This document shows positions 1-12,986 of a stretch of DNA of 64,000 bases, in pieces. Below the pieces are notes generated by a model. That model saw only the letters and a list, made by a program, of their open reading frames with translations. It did not search any database and was not told the origin of the DNA. The DNA comes from Bugula neritina. Lineage: Eukaryota > Animalia > Bryozoa. The stretch covers positions 13,382,722-13,446,721 of the forward strand of contig OZ037766.1 of NCBI GenBank assembly GCA_964035545.1, written 5' to 3'. The first letter of the stretch is position 1; every line of letters starts with the position of its first letter. A program made the translations under genes and the position numbers.

Positions 1-140
1 TTTTAACACTGTAGCTGTTAGCCATAAAAGTTAAAATTGGATGCTGAAATAAGTAGAATACTATTTTGCATTTACAATGCCCCATTTTAGTAGCTTAATG
101 ATTAGTAAGCAAGTTAATATTCTGTTTATGGCGTGTTTAG

Positions 141-244
141 ATATGGTACCTGTAAACATGACTGATTCTGCTAAGAAGTTGATGGCACTTGTTAAAGAAG
201 ATAAGTTCACTTCTGGTGATCATGTTGATTACTTTGACTCCTGA
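141..244 (+). CDS. SPR: Terminal coding exon of a sepiapterin reductase-like SDR (rest of gene lies left of the window)
   Basis: After acceptor gtttag at 135-140 the exon reads MVPVNMTDSAKKLMALVKEDKFTSGDHVDYFDS*, resembling the SPR C-terminal pattern (SAxKLxxLLxxDxFxSGxHVDFYD). Too short for the ORF track; only 33 aa of evidence. Confidence 0.75.
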
Positions 245-1536
245 AGGTTCACATCAGATTGGTAAAGAAATCTCTTAACTGATAATGGCGGTTACTGTGC
301 AGTATTCTAGCATGATGGGTACAACTTCTTTTAAATGTTGTTTTTTCTAAAACACTCACTTTGATTATACGCAGAATCATTGTAAAGTAAATCTAGACTG
401 AAGCATAAGATATTTTAAAATAAAATGGACATTATCATTTTATTTTGTGTTGTGGAATTTGATTCTATGATGGTCTTCTTCTGTCACATTTATATCATGT
501 TGTTTTATATTTATGTTACTCTTTTTATTATAATCTAGTCTGATATTTTGAAACTATACAAATATAGTTTTGCTTCTGGCAGCAGTTATTAGCTTAGCTT
601 TCTGTCCACTCTAAGACTTAAATATTTTCATTTACTACTTTGCTTGTAGTTGCCTAAACACAAAAGTGAAAATGTTTTGAGTAATGCATGTTTTCAAAAT
701 TTACACAAAACCATTATTGCCACTTGAATTTTTAATTTGAACTCATCAGTTGTTGCTTATTCACTCTTGAGAAAAATTCTATGGTAGAACTATAACAGTG
801 TAAATTTAAATAGCCAAGTACCCACATTTCTTTGCCAATAGAGCTATCTCAACAGTGCTTGCTGGTAATTTACAGAAAAACAAGCTCTCTCAACCACTTC
901 AACATGTAGAAATTTGATGGCAGAATATTTACCAATGCATCAATTTTAACATCAATTATGTTCAGGCTTTATTGAGGATAACCAAGTATATTGTAAGTTA
1001 GTGAGCTGTATATTCATATATTATGTATATTCTCACCTGCCTATAGAGAAAGCTATGGTACACATCAAGTCTTAAAACAAGTTTATGTATGCCTCCTTTC
1101 AAATGTATAACTTGCACAATATTATAAGCATACTGATAACTGTCAGTGATGTTAGTAAATGGTACCAAGCTTAAATCAACTTTTGATGTTGGCAATGTGA
1201 AGACTAACCATCTGCTTCTGAAAAAATGACTTGAAAAGTGAAATACCTAAATATAAGCTTGTCTAGTACACCATAAAATAGATTAGATAAAATAAAGCAT
1301 CATGACTCTTGAGAGTTTTTAAGTAACTTGCTTTTGTCAGATTTTAAAGCATAGCTGTATCTGTTTACTATAAGACGTTGGTATTTTAATAATATTATGA
1401 ATGGCTTGAATAATATCTGAAAGCTATAATAAAACTACACATAACATTGTATTCAAAATACTATTACTTCCATATGAATTTAAATAGCTACTGACAAAAT
1501 CTATTTTGGAAGGTTGCACCAATTTATAAGTTGCTG

Positions 1537-3162
1537 CTAAGAAGGATGGTCTGGTTTATCAAAGTCTTCTGCGTATTCCTTGGTTAAGGGGAAAATGACA
1601 AGACATCCAATTGTAGATGACAGCATCATTAGTAGGTAGAGCCAGAATAAACATCTGTAATAGAAAAATATAAGTTAAAATATACCAGTAGGCCAAGCGA
1701 GTGTGGGGCATACACTGTAACCTACATGTTATATGAATTGGGTCTGTGTATTGTAACACCAGCAATACAAACAGTAAGTGCAAAAGCACTCCTCCCCTAG
1801 CAGCACAAAGTAACAGTTGCACAGTTTTAAAGTGCCCAGGGTACACTTTATTCATGCAGTATTAAAATATTCATATATATCTCAGCTATCGTTTACAAAC
1901 TCGACTGCATGCTCAAACAATTTTGTGTTTTAATAAATTTTGTGCCCATGCTGACTGTAGGTTCATTGAACTCTGAAACTCAATTTAAATGAATATTTTA
2001 ATACTGCATAGATGAAGGGTGTCAATGACTTCTTAAGCATGATACACCAGGTAACAGCATGGCATATTTGTATGAGTACTTCAGCAAAACAAATCTCAAC
2101 CAAACCATAGTATTGCTGACCTATCGATCACTATGGCAACAAAATGCCAGTCTTCTGTAGTATTCTGCTTATGTAGCAGCTCTTCCTGGTGTTGTACAAT
2201 GGAGTGCAGTCGTTTTAATAGTGGGTCTGTTTCCATAGATTTAATAGTTTCTTCTTTTGCTCTTTCATCAGTAATTTTTTCATGCTCACTAAATTTTTTA
2301 TGACATTAATGAGTTAATATGTTGATATATAGAAACTTTAGAAAAGAAGATCTCAAGTAGCAAAATAGGGCAGCATAATATACAGTGGTAGTTCACTCCA
2401 AGTTCAGTGTAAAAATAAGAGCTACTCCAGGGTCCTTCATAAATTCTATAACTTAGAACTAAATCTCTTGTTATAATAAGAGTACTGTGATGTGGCCCTA
2501 AACTAAATCACAGCTGGCATAATATCCATCAATAGAGCTACAAATCATCAAATTTTACAATGTCAATGCTAGATGTTATAGACATTGCTGTACTGAGAAT
2601 CTTGGCAGCAAAATGCAGCTAAACTGAGACTATAAATAGAATACTTTACTTGAAAAAAAAGAGTTAAATAAGCATTGCGGCTAAAATTTGTATGAACATA
2701 TCTTGCAGTGATAATAATGATTGATATCACAGTCTTACATGTGATTGGTGTCAGCAGGTGAGTCGCTTTTGACATTATTGCCAGACAAGGGGTGTCTGTT
2801 TCTATGTCTACCAGGACCTTCTCGTCTGTTATGAACAGCTGGCATCAGAACCTACAGAGATATTTATAAAATATTTTAGTACTGCAGCTTTTTGGTGACA
2901 TATTATATATTATATTATATGTTTATTTACATTTGGACAGTTTAAGGGAAAATAGAATGTTTCTTCAATAACTTTTTCAGTGAACAGCAACCTAGAATAT
3001 TTTGATCAGAAGTTTGCACGATACACTTCTCATCTCCTATTGAAAAGCAAGAGAGAAACTGTTTAGAAATACACAGCCATTGTTCCAATTTTGTGGTGGC
3101 TGTTTTTTCACATGGCATGGATAGACAGACCTTTGGAAAAACCTATTTTCCTTACTTATTCA

Positions 3163-3205
<43 letters not shown>

Positions 3206-6200
3206 TATATCATTATATAAGCATGTCACATCTGTGTATGTGTTTAAAAAAATGGCAACGTTAGTTAAGCTATATATTTATATAAGATGGGTGGGAGTTA
3301 ACTTCTCAAACAGCTTAGGTGTTTGAGCATTTTCTGTGAGATTGCATGAAATTAATAGCAAAATTAGGCTTCAGTATATCAATTACAATATAATTTGTGT
3401 AAAACAATTCTGTATTGTACCATAACAATGTAAATATACTACATTTATCAATATTATACAATATGTGTTAATATCTACAAATATAGTAAGTAACTGATTT
3501 TTGCACTATTGTACTATGTGTAATTTGAGTAATTGCTGAAAGATTATGAGCAGAAAAGTAAAAGAAGACAACTTGGTATGTGACAAGAAGAGCTAAATAG
3601 CTAGAAATGTACACTAGTATCATGCGTTGCTACTATAAAAACATCTAAAAATAAGAGCCATATTTCAGGACTCTACTCTACTAGCAGTGCAAGCAGTAGA
3701 AAAGGTTTGGAAAGGTTTATGGGTATAAGGCAGGCTGAGACGAAACCTTTCACATAATATAGTTGATACAAACTAATAATACAGTGAGTGGTGAGCTACA
3801 ATAGCACAGGTGGTAACACACTATACATTGTGCTAAAGAATACACACCAGTTGAATATTATAAAAATATACTCACACTATTTATGTCTAGTTTAGCCTTT
3901 AACACAAATCAAATAATTATTGCATAAATTCTTCGTATTGTCTGTTATCTTGAAATGTAAACTATTACATTGCTTTCATGTGTACACCATTGCAGTTGCA
4001 GCTACTGTATTCCGTTTATGCTTGCTATTTCACAATATTATTAATACTTGTATAATATTGTTGTATATTATGCCGTCTGCATATGTATGAGGTAGGTACA
4101 GTAATGGAGAAATTGAACAAAGTCTGTGTTCTGGATTAAAAATGTAGCAAAAGGTACATTGTAGCAAGAATTTCAATCCACCCCAAACCAAAATTTTCCA
4201 AGACAATTAAAGAACTTAGACTATTAAAATTGCTATTCACCTATAAGCATGATCTATCTAGAGTACCTGTGCAAGCTTCTTTATGTTGAAATGTCTCTCT
4301 TCATAGCTTGTCATCTTGACGCAGGTGATTTTAGAAAGAGTATACGACACTTTATGTATCCAGTAAGGTACTTCTCTATCACCATCAGCTTGGTGGTTGA
4401 CGTTAGCAACAATAACACCAACAATCACTGAGAAAGCTGTGATACACATAGAGGAAGTGATGTAGATACCTGCAAAGACACGTTGACACTTATTAATGTG
4501 AGCATACTTGTTCAAAAAGCAAACAATCTACTGGTAAGCTTAGCATATTGTCATATCGTGAAGGGAAGTTGAAAGTTAAAATTTTACTAAAATTACTTTC
4601 GAATTGCAAAAGGAAACAGTGTTGTTGACTTGGAAATAAAAGTTCAACATAGGTTTTTTCCTCATAGCCTGTTATCAGAATAATGATTATGAATTTAAAC
4701 GTGCTTTGAGATCTATTTGCTGTAAAATGTATTTCAATATAATTGTAGACCTTAAGTCAAACAAAACCCACTGGTTTATGAAAAAAAAACTTAATGCAAG
4801 TATTATAGAGCTTGGTTTACAATCAACTAAACACATTGCATTCGAGTATGACTCAGAGATGCTTTAAAAACGTTATTTAATGGTGACCCTGTTGGCAATT
4901 GAAGACAAAATCATGAGCAGAAGTTTTTAAGCAAGATGAACAATTAACAAATTTAGACATGTGAATGAGAAATGCAATAAATTTTATTATAATCTGTATA
5001 AAACCTATTCTTTTACACTAAACTAATGCAATAACTGGAACTTTAGTAGTAAAGTTGTACCTATAATGGGAACGTGAACGCTTGTTGAAGGCATGTTTTC
5101 TGCTATTAGCAGCATGAACACTGAGAATGCTAGTAAAATGGTGAGACCCAGGCTAATCTTCTCTCCTGAATCAGGTTTCATCCAAAAACACAGGAGAGTG
5201 AGAATGGAGAGCATCACACATGGTATTATGAGATTGTAGGTATAATATAGAGTTCTACAAAAGAGTTAATCTGCTACCATTGTATTTTGTAGATGCATTT
5301 AATATAATATACTTTAAAGTTATATAACCACAGTACCGTGCACTATATATAAACAGCCTACTATAATATTCTTTTCAAGTACAACAAACCATTAAAACTT
5401 ATTACTATAGTATGCAGTATTCAGGCCTAAAAATCAAGATATCTGAAAGAGTGGCAGAATTCTGGAAATAGTCAAGCTTCATAACTACCTAACATTTTAT
5501 CTTGAACTTTATATAATATTATGTAAGAAAGAAATGTTTCTAAAAGAGTTTTTATTGTGATAATGTGTGTAAAGTTGATAAAACTATATTAAAGGAGGTT
5601 TATGCTGTATTGTTGCTTGTACAACTTTAAGTTTGTAAATGAGCAATATTTCATGACATATTACTAATCATGCATGACAGAGTTTAAAAAGTTGACCTAC
5701 AATGTTTTATAGTGACAAGACTTGTCAATGAATAATATTTGTATATGATGTGTAGCGTTTGTAAATTTTAATTAAATGGGTGACAACACTAAAATAGTAA
5801 CCGTGGATATAGTATTTCACACACTTTAATATGCTGGTGGCGTTTCACACAAAACTAGAAAGAGTGAGGACCAAATTATTTGTAGATTTCTCAAATGCCT
5901 TCGTTATTGCCAACTATAACCTATTTATTTTTGCAAATCATAGTTTTTTTAAAGTAAGTTAGCTTATTAGTAATTTAAAAAAAATAATTATGCAGGCAGA
6001 TTAAAATATGTAGGAAACTACATTATATCATTATCCAGTTGTGTTAAGCACAAATAAATTGCCTATTTATTTTCAACAGAATAGAATAGTTTGATCTCAA
6101 ATAATCCATACATTTTTAATGCAAGTGGATATTAGATAGGTTGTGTCCACTTATTAAAATTATGCAATGGTTATTTTCAAATGCACTAAATAAAAATAAA

Positions 6201-9200
6201 TGGGATTGTGTATGAAATACATTTTGTTATTTAATGAAATATGAATATTGCGTTTATCTAGAGTAAAATACGAATAATACAAAATGTAAACATCATAAAA
6301 AGTTCATTTGGCTTACAAGTGTTTATAAAAAACATTGATGTGAACAGAATTTTTATGAGGCTGCACATTTATCCTCTTTAACATCATATCCAACTGCATC
6401 TGACACATTTTCAAATCCCTCCTTTTTCAATAACTCTGATAATTCCTTTTTTATCTTCTCAACAACTGGGGGACCTTCATAAGCCAGTGAAGAATAAATT
6501 TGGACAAGACTTGCACCAGCTTTTATTTTATCTAAAGCATCCTGTCCTGAGAAAACACCACCAACACCAATAATAACTACTCGGCCAAATGTCAGCCTGT
6601 ACATATCCCTAATGAGGTCGGTAGACATTTGCCGAAGAGGAGCTCCACTAAGTCCGCCAACTTCAACTTTATTCTTATTTTGGAGAAACTCGGGCCGTGA
6701 AAGAGTTGTATTTGATATCACGAGTCCATCTATACCACTATCTCTAGCAGCAACAACTGTTGCAATAGCCACTTTATCACTTTCTGAGAGATCTGGCGCT
6801 ATTTTGACAAATATTGGTGGTTTATTTTTTCTCTCCAGCTTGCTGTTAGCTTCGACAACTGCCTTTATAATAGTTTGTAATTGATCTTGAGCCTGGAGCT
6901 TCCTCAAGCCTGGTGTATTTGGGCTAGACACATTTATGACCAAAAAGTCTACGAAAGGTCCGAAATTTTCCACACCTTTGACGTAATCCTGAGCTGCATC
7001 TGATGTTGACTTATTTTTACCCAGATTTACTCCTACATATCCTCGTTTATTTTCTGAAAGCTTGTTGTACCAATTTTCAACATGAACCACAGCAGGTTGA
7101 TGTCCAAAGCTGTTAAATCCATAGCGATTAATAATAGCTTTATCTTCATGCAACCGAAAAACTCTAGGCTTTTCATTACCTGGTTGGGGTTCAGGAGTGA
7201 CTCCACCAACTTCAATGAATCCAAATCCTAAGTTTAACAGTCCATCTATGGCTTCACAATGTTTATCAAAGCCTGCTGCTAGCCCCACAGGATTCATAAC
7301 TTTCCAATCGAAAATATTGTTTTGTAGATTGTCATAATTTTGTGCTCGACATCTAGGATACAGACCATACTTGAGAATAGCAACTCCCATGTTATGCGCA
7401 GTTTCAGCAGATGTTAACTTGTGTAGTGTTGGCATTACAACATTTGCATAGAACTTGGGATTTCCAGAATAGAGAGCATGGCTGGCAAACAGGGCAGTAC
7501 CCCCAGTAGCTATTAGCAGTAATTGTTTCAGCTTGCTCATTTTTGTTCTTGTTTAATTGAAGCTTCTATTTATATTTTTCTTATCAGTTGCACAAAATGG
7601 TAAATCAAAGGCTGTCCAGGTTTTTCTTGTTTAGATGTAGCATCAATTGTTATTCTCAACAGGCACAACTGCTTTTTATCACTATTTGATGTTACGGGAG
7701 TAGGAGTATTTGAATGAAGTTGAATTTGACAGTGAGCACAATGGCAATCACTATGATATTGAGTATGGGCAGAATCAGAAAAGCTAAATGTTTAAGTATT
7801 TGGTATTACGTTGGCCTTTGCTAGCCAGCATGCAAATTGAAACCGTAAAACAATAAAAAGCATTAATACTACTCAGTACTGAGTACTCACTCACACTCAC
7901 ATTGGTATTGACAATGAGGGTGACTACATTTACATTAGACTTGGTGATTAGATCTACTTTTTTTAGCTTCAAAGCTTCTGGTACAGTAATTGTAATACAA
8001 AGTCAAATATATGCAAATGCCAGTATTCAAGTTCAAAAATATTAAATAAAATTATACAAATTTTAAATTGAATTATTTTGAAACTCGCATTGACTTTGGA
8101 ACTTGGTGGTTTCAGTTTGACTTTGAGTGTGACTGAAAATAAAAAGTAACAAAGGCAATCACAATTGTGACGATAACAACTCCAATTAATAATATGAATT
8201 ATTGTATATTAATAACTAGAGGTATGAGTATAAGTATAGCAATTGTACATAAAATTAATCCCTGCTTCATATGTATACCTATAAGTTAACGCCATAATAC
8301 AATTTGAAAATACAATTTGAAAAATTCTAATTTCCAAACAAAAAGTGAGAGAAAAATTTAATAAATGGGTACGAAAAGATAAGTTAATCAAGCTTCCATT
8401 TTTTCCACCGTTTTCTGATTGTTTATTACGACGTTTCATAAAACTATTGCAGAGGCTGTGGACATAGAGTTAGAAAAGATAACTCTGTAAAGCATTTACT
8501 ATAGGTTGTGGGATATTCACTAAGCCTGAGCCTATTAATTTCAAATCAATGATCATGTCAATAAAGTTTGAGTAAGTAAAACTGCAAAACCCCTCATCAT
8601 CTTAGATGAGTGTAGGTTTAGTTATTTTAAAAAGTACCTAAAGTATTTTGTGATCAGAAAGGTTGATGTGCAACCCACAGGATCACTAGATGCAGCACAA
8701 AAGCTGGGATTCACTGAGTACAGTATTTGTATTATTTGTATAACTCCAACCATCAAACACGAGACCTAACTCACGCCTACTGTCCTCAATGACCATAAAC
8801 TTTGTCCTGCTTCAATCAATTTCCACAACCCACACTCTGAGCCTTAATACTTGAAAATAAAAGAAATAAGATTAATACATAATTTCGAAAGAAATGCCCT
8901 GTGCTAACTCAAAATTTGCACATGCTGCGTGAGGGTTTGGCATATACAGATGCGAATAACATACTTACAAATAGACTTCACATTTTAAAGAGTTTCTTAC
9001 CCCTAATACCTTTCACTTTTTTAAAACAATAATTATACTTCATTTGATGAAGATCATTTGTTTATAAGTTTTAAGTAGTAGGTACAGCTCTAAAGTAAAG
9101 CTATAAAAGCTTGTAATGCAATTATTCACAATTTTCCATGTCACTAGAAAAATATGACAGCTATAATCATGTTATTATTGTGGGCTAAAATTCTGCATGG

Positions 9201-12200
9201 TGTATGTAATGAGAGAATAATGTATTATAATATTTTAGAAACATGCAATTATAAGGGTATGCAATTACCAATATGGTCTAGTTACTTGCAATTTTTTATT
9301 ATGTATAGAATACTCAAGTCATGATGATTGCTAGTCAATAGTTTGGATTTCTTATTAGCCAGAGAAGTTTGCCACACAGGGAAAAGTGAACCATGGTTAA
9401 ACATATTTTAAATAATTTGTGCTTCATTAGAAACAATTGATGTTCAACTAGTACATAAGTAAAAATAACTGTTTGGGATGAAACACTCATACACACAAAA
9501 TACACACATCTTTGGAAAGAACAGTCTGCAAACAGTAGTCAATCTTGAAATTAAATGGTTAATGTTAGCTGAGTGACAAGTAAGACATTTATAATCAAAA
9601 CTTGAAAGTGGAATGTGTGTTCTACCTTTCATCTAACTCCACGTATACTAATATATGTACTACAGGAGGAGCAAAAGAGAAGATGGTGGGGGTACAGTGT
9701 ACGCCCTCACTTTGACTGTTGCCTATGCCTAATGTTTGAACGAGTCAGCGCACATTTTCAATAAAAATATTAAAAGTATATTTTAATACAAATTACTATT
9801 GAGTCCTTTAGAGTACTCAATATTTCTCACACATTTTTTTTCAGACTGTTATTTAAGGAGTTGTGACATATACTTGCTTACCTTCTTCTCATAAAGACTT
9901 CAAAAGTGACATCAATATAGGGGGCTTCACAGCAAGGGTAGTATACAACATTACGCACCACTTTGGTGCCTAAGAGTCTCCATTCTCCATTTGGCTGAAA
10001 ATTGTTTAAATCTATTCCATCACGTCGTTTTGTGAGATTCACTTGTGAGCCATCATAACTCCACGTACCAAGTTTTAGTTTACAAGTCTAAATAGCAGAA
10101 AACCTCAATAAAATTACAGCAGGATAGCCTAATAATGAATTATATGATAATTTTGTTTGTCAACTTCATCTCAATGGCACAATATTATTGACATATTGAT
10201 GCATAACTTGATACAGTTATGTATACCTCAGTTGGCTGTAAGATGCTAACTACATACAACATACATGTATGTTGTGTAAGTATTATTATATGCTATAACA
10301 TCACCCTACATTTCTAACTAACACAACAAAACTTAGAGATATTCATATTGGTAGTAGTTTTCATGCTGTCAATATATATAATATATATGAATGTTTTATT
10401 GCATACTGTTTTCAGCTACCAGCATTATGATAATTGTCAAGTTTCTTTATCAATTCACAAAGTTTATAAAGCCAATGTTGAAAATTATGCTTTTTGCCAA
10501 CAGGTATGTATATAGGTAATTTGTGTATAGGTATAATATGTGAATATATGTAGGTATAAAAAACAATTGAATTATTAATTACTAATTAGGAGTAAACATT
10601 ATAACATACTTGATCGTCAAATGGAAAATATTTAATTTGTACTTCACAGGCTCCTTTAAATTTGACAATAGGGGGCCAGAAGACATTCCCATTGTGTGAG
10701 ACCATAGCTAAGGCTTGCATATAACCTCCTTTCATATCTTCCACACTAAAGCAGACAAGCAAACCCAATCTTTTTATAATATACAAATAGGCGGGTTTTT
10801 GTTCTAAAGTTTGTCACTGATTGTTTGTCACCAATTTTATTGAAGTTTCACATTTTGAGTACTTTACGCTGACACTGCTACTTTTTGCAAATAGATCTGA
10901 GAGAGCCATGTTATAGTTATACAAACCATAAAATTTAAACTTTGATAGATTTTTTATAATACCAGAAAAAGAGTAGGCTGTAAGACAAGTTAAGTTATGC
11001 TGACGGAAACGCTTTCCTGTTACCAAAGTACGAGTATATAATTGTAGCCTTAGTAAACTACAACCTGTTATAAAGCACAATGTCTGGGAGCCACAGTAAT
11101 CTACAAGGTACTCTTAGAACAGTGAGGTTGTTATAGTCTTGAGGATCCCAAATCAGCTTTTCATCTATCCAGTCCTAAAAGTATGTTAATATAATGACAT
11201 ACAAAATACAGCTTTTTACAATCTGTTGAAAAATGTTTAGTATGTTAAATTGCAGAACACTTATACGAGTATTACATACCTAGTAAGCTAGTACTTTAAA
11301 AATACTGCAAAGTAAAGTGACAGCTATATATATATATATATATATATATAGAAAAACACTGATTACTTTTAGAGTTTGCAGAACTTCAAATTTTGCAATA
11401 ATAAATGTGTAGAAGACATTGCATAAATGCACAAAGCAGCTTTTAGCTGTTATACTTTGGTCAGATTATGTCATCTTGAATGGAATAATATTCCTTAGGC
11501 TAATTGCAACTGAACTTATATACAACAGCAAATGTTTTGGAATTCTATATATCAACTATCAACATATACCAACTATTTCCCTTTCACTGTTATACAGTAG
11601 ATATTATAAAACTTGCCTGATCAAGCCACACTAGAGTTGTCAGCACTTGATACTTTTCTTCCTAAATTAATAATGACATCTCACAATAATAACATATAAT
11701 TTAACACCAAGATTTTTCGTTTAAATACCTTTTGACCATTAATTACAAGATTTCATGTGTGCTTATATTTATATTTGCAGGTTTGCTAGAACTCGGGACT
11801 TTTTGTTACGTATTCAAAAGAATTGCAACAAGCAAACTAGTCATGACTGAAAGAAGCAATTTGTAAAAAAATGTATCATTATTTTTAAATTTCAACAAAC
11901 AAATTAATGATGAAGTGTACTTAGTAACAAATCTCATATCTGAACTTCCTACCAGATCTATTTGATTTAGTGTGAGCCCAATTTTCAGTGTGATTGGATC
12001 TGAAGCCTTGAGAACTGGCCGAACAGCTTTTTCATAGTTGGTCATCAATGATCTCAAAAGTCTTTGTTCGTCAGTGTCAGTGAGTCTGAAGGACGTATAA
12101 TTAAACCTCGAGGACGAAAGTTCATCCTAAATGATACAAAGAAGTCTGGGAGTTATAGTAGCTATAAACAAATTCTACACCATATTACAAGCACGTGCTT

Positions 12201-12941
12201 ATTTCTAGTACCCATTCCTGTGAGAAAAGTGATAAGAAGGGGTTTCGAAAGTTATAATAGCCTTGCAATCTAAGTCTGTTTAATTAGGTTAATTGAAGGC
12301 TTTATTGTGACACAGTAGTAACATAAACTTTGATTGTTTTTGACATCAATGGCCATAGTGGAGATGTAATGTTACAATAATGTCCACTTTACCAATTAGG
12401 GAGCTTTTTTACTTGCATCATATATAACATAAAAAACTTTTACTATAATGCATAAAAAGCATAACAAATTGAACTGATGAAAAATCTGAAGTTTTAATAA
12501 TTTTGTGCCAATGAATTTTACAATAGTTAGTTTATTAGCATAAGAATAGTTAAAGTTAAAAAATTTGAAAAACTGATCACTAGACTTCATGAAGCAAATT
12601 GCATTTAAGTAAGGCAGATGTCTTAGGACTTATTTAAAGTCTACAATTAACATACATTTTCATTTACAAAGAAATCTTTGCAATTTCGTTGAAAATAACT
12701 TTATTACATCTTGAATTATGAAAGTTTCAAAACAAAAATTCGTAGTGTTTTATTGCATTAAAAATCCTCCAACTTATATAGTATAATATTGTCGTTGTGC
12801 AAATTCTCGTCTCACATTATGACTTTCACAACTCTCAAAGTAGCTATTTGTATGCAACAGAAGCTATGGCATAGTTATAAAGCAGTATTATAAGTACTAG
12901 TAAAACTGTCATATCAACCAAAAATATTTTCTACATATATA

Positions 12942-12986
<45 letters not shown>

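Noticed and set aside
6353-7540. Bacterial origin (HGT or contamination) for the intronless DHODH
   Set aside because: It has a eukaryote-style N-terminal anchor and animal-like motifs, composition matches the surroundings, and it sits in a coherent host intron. A phylogeny would be needed to exclude this fully.
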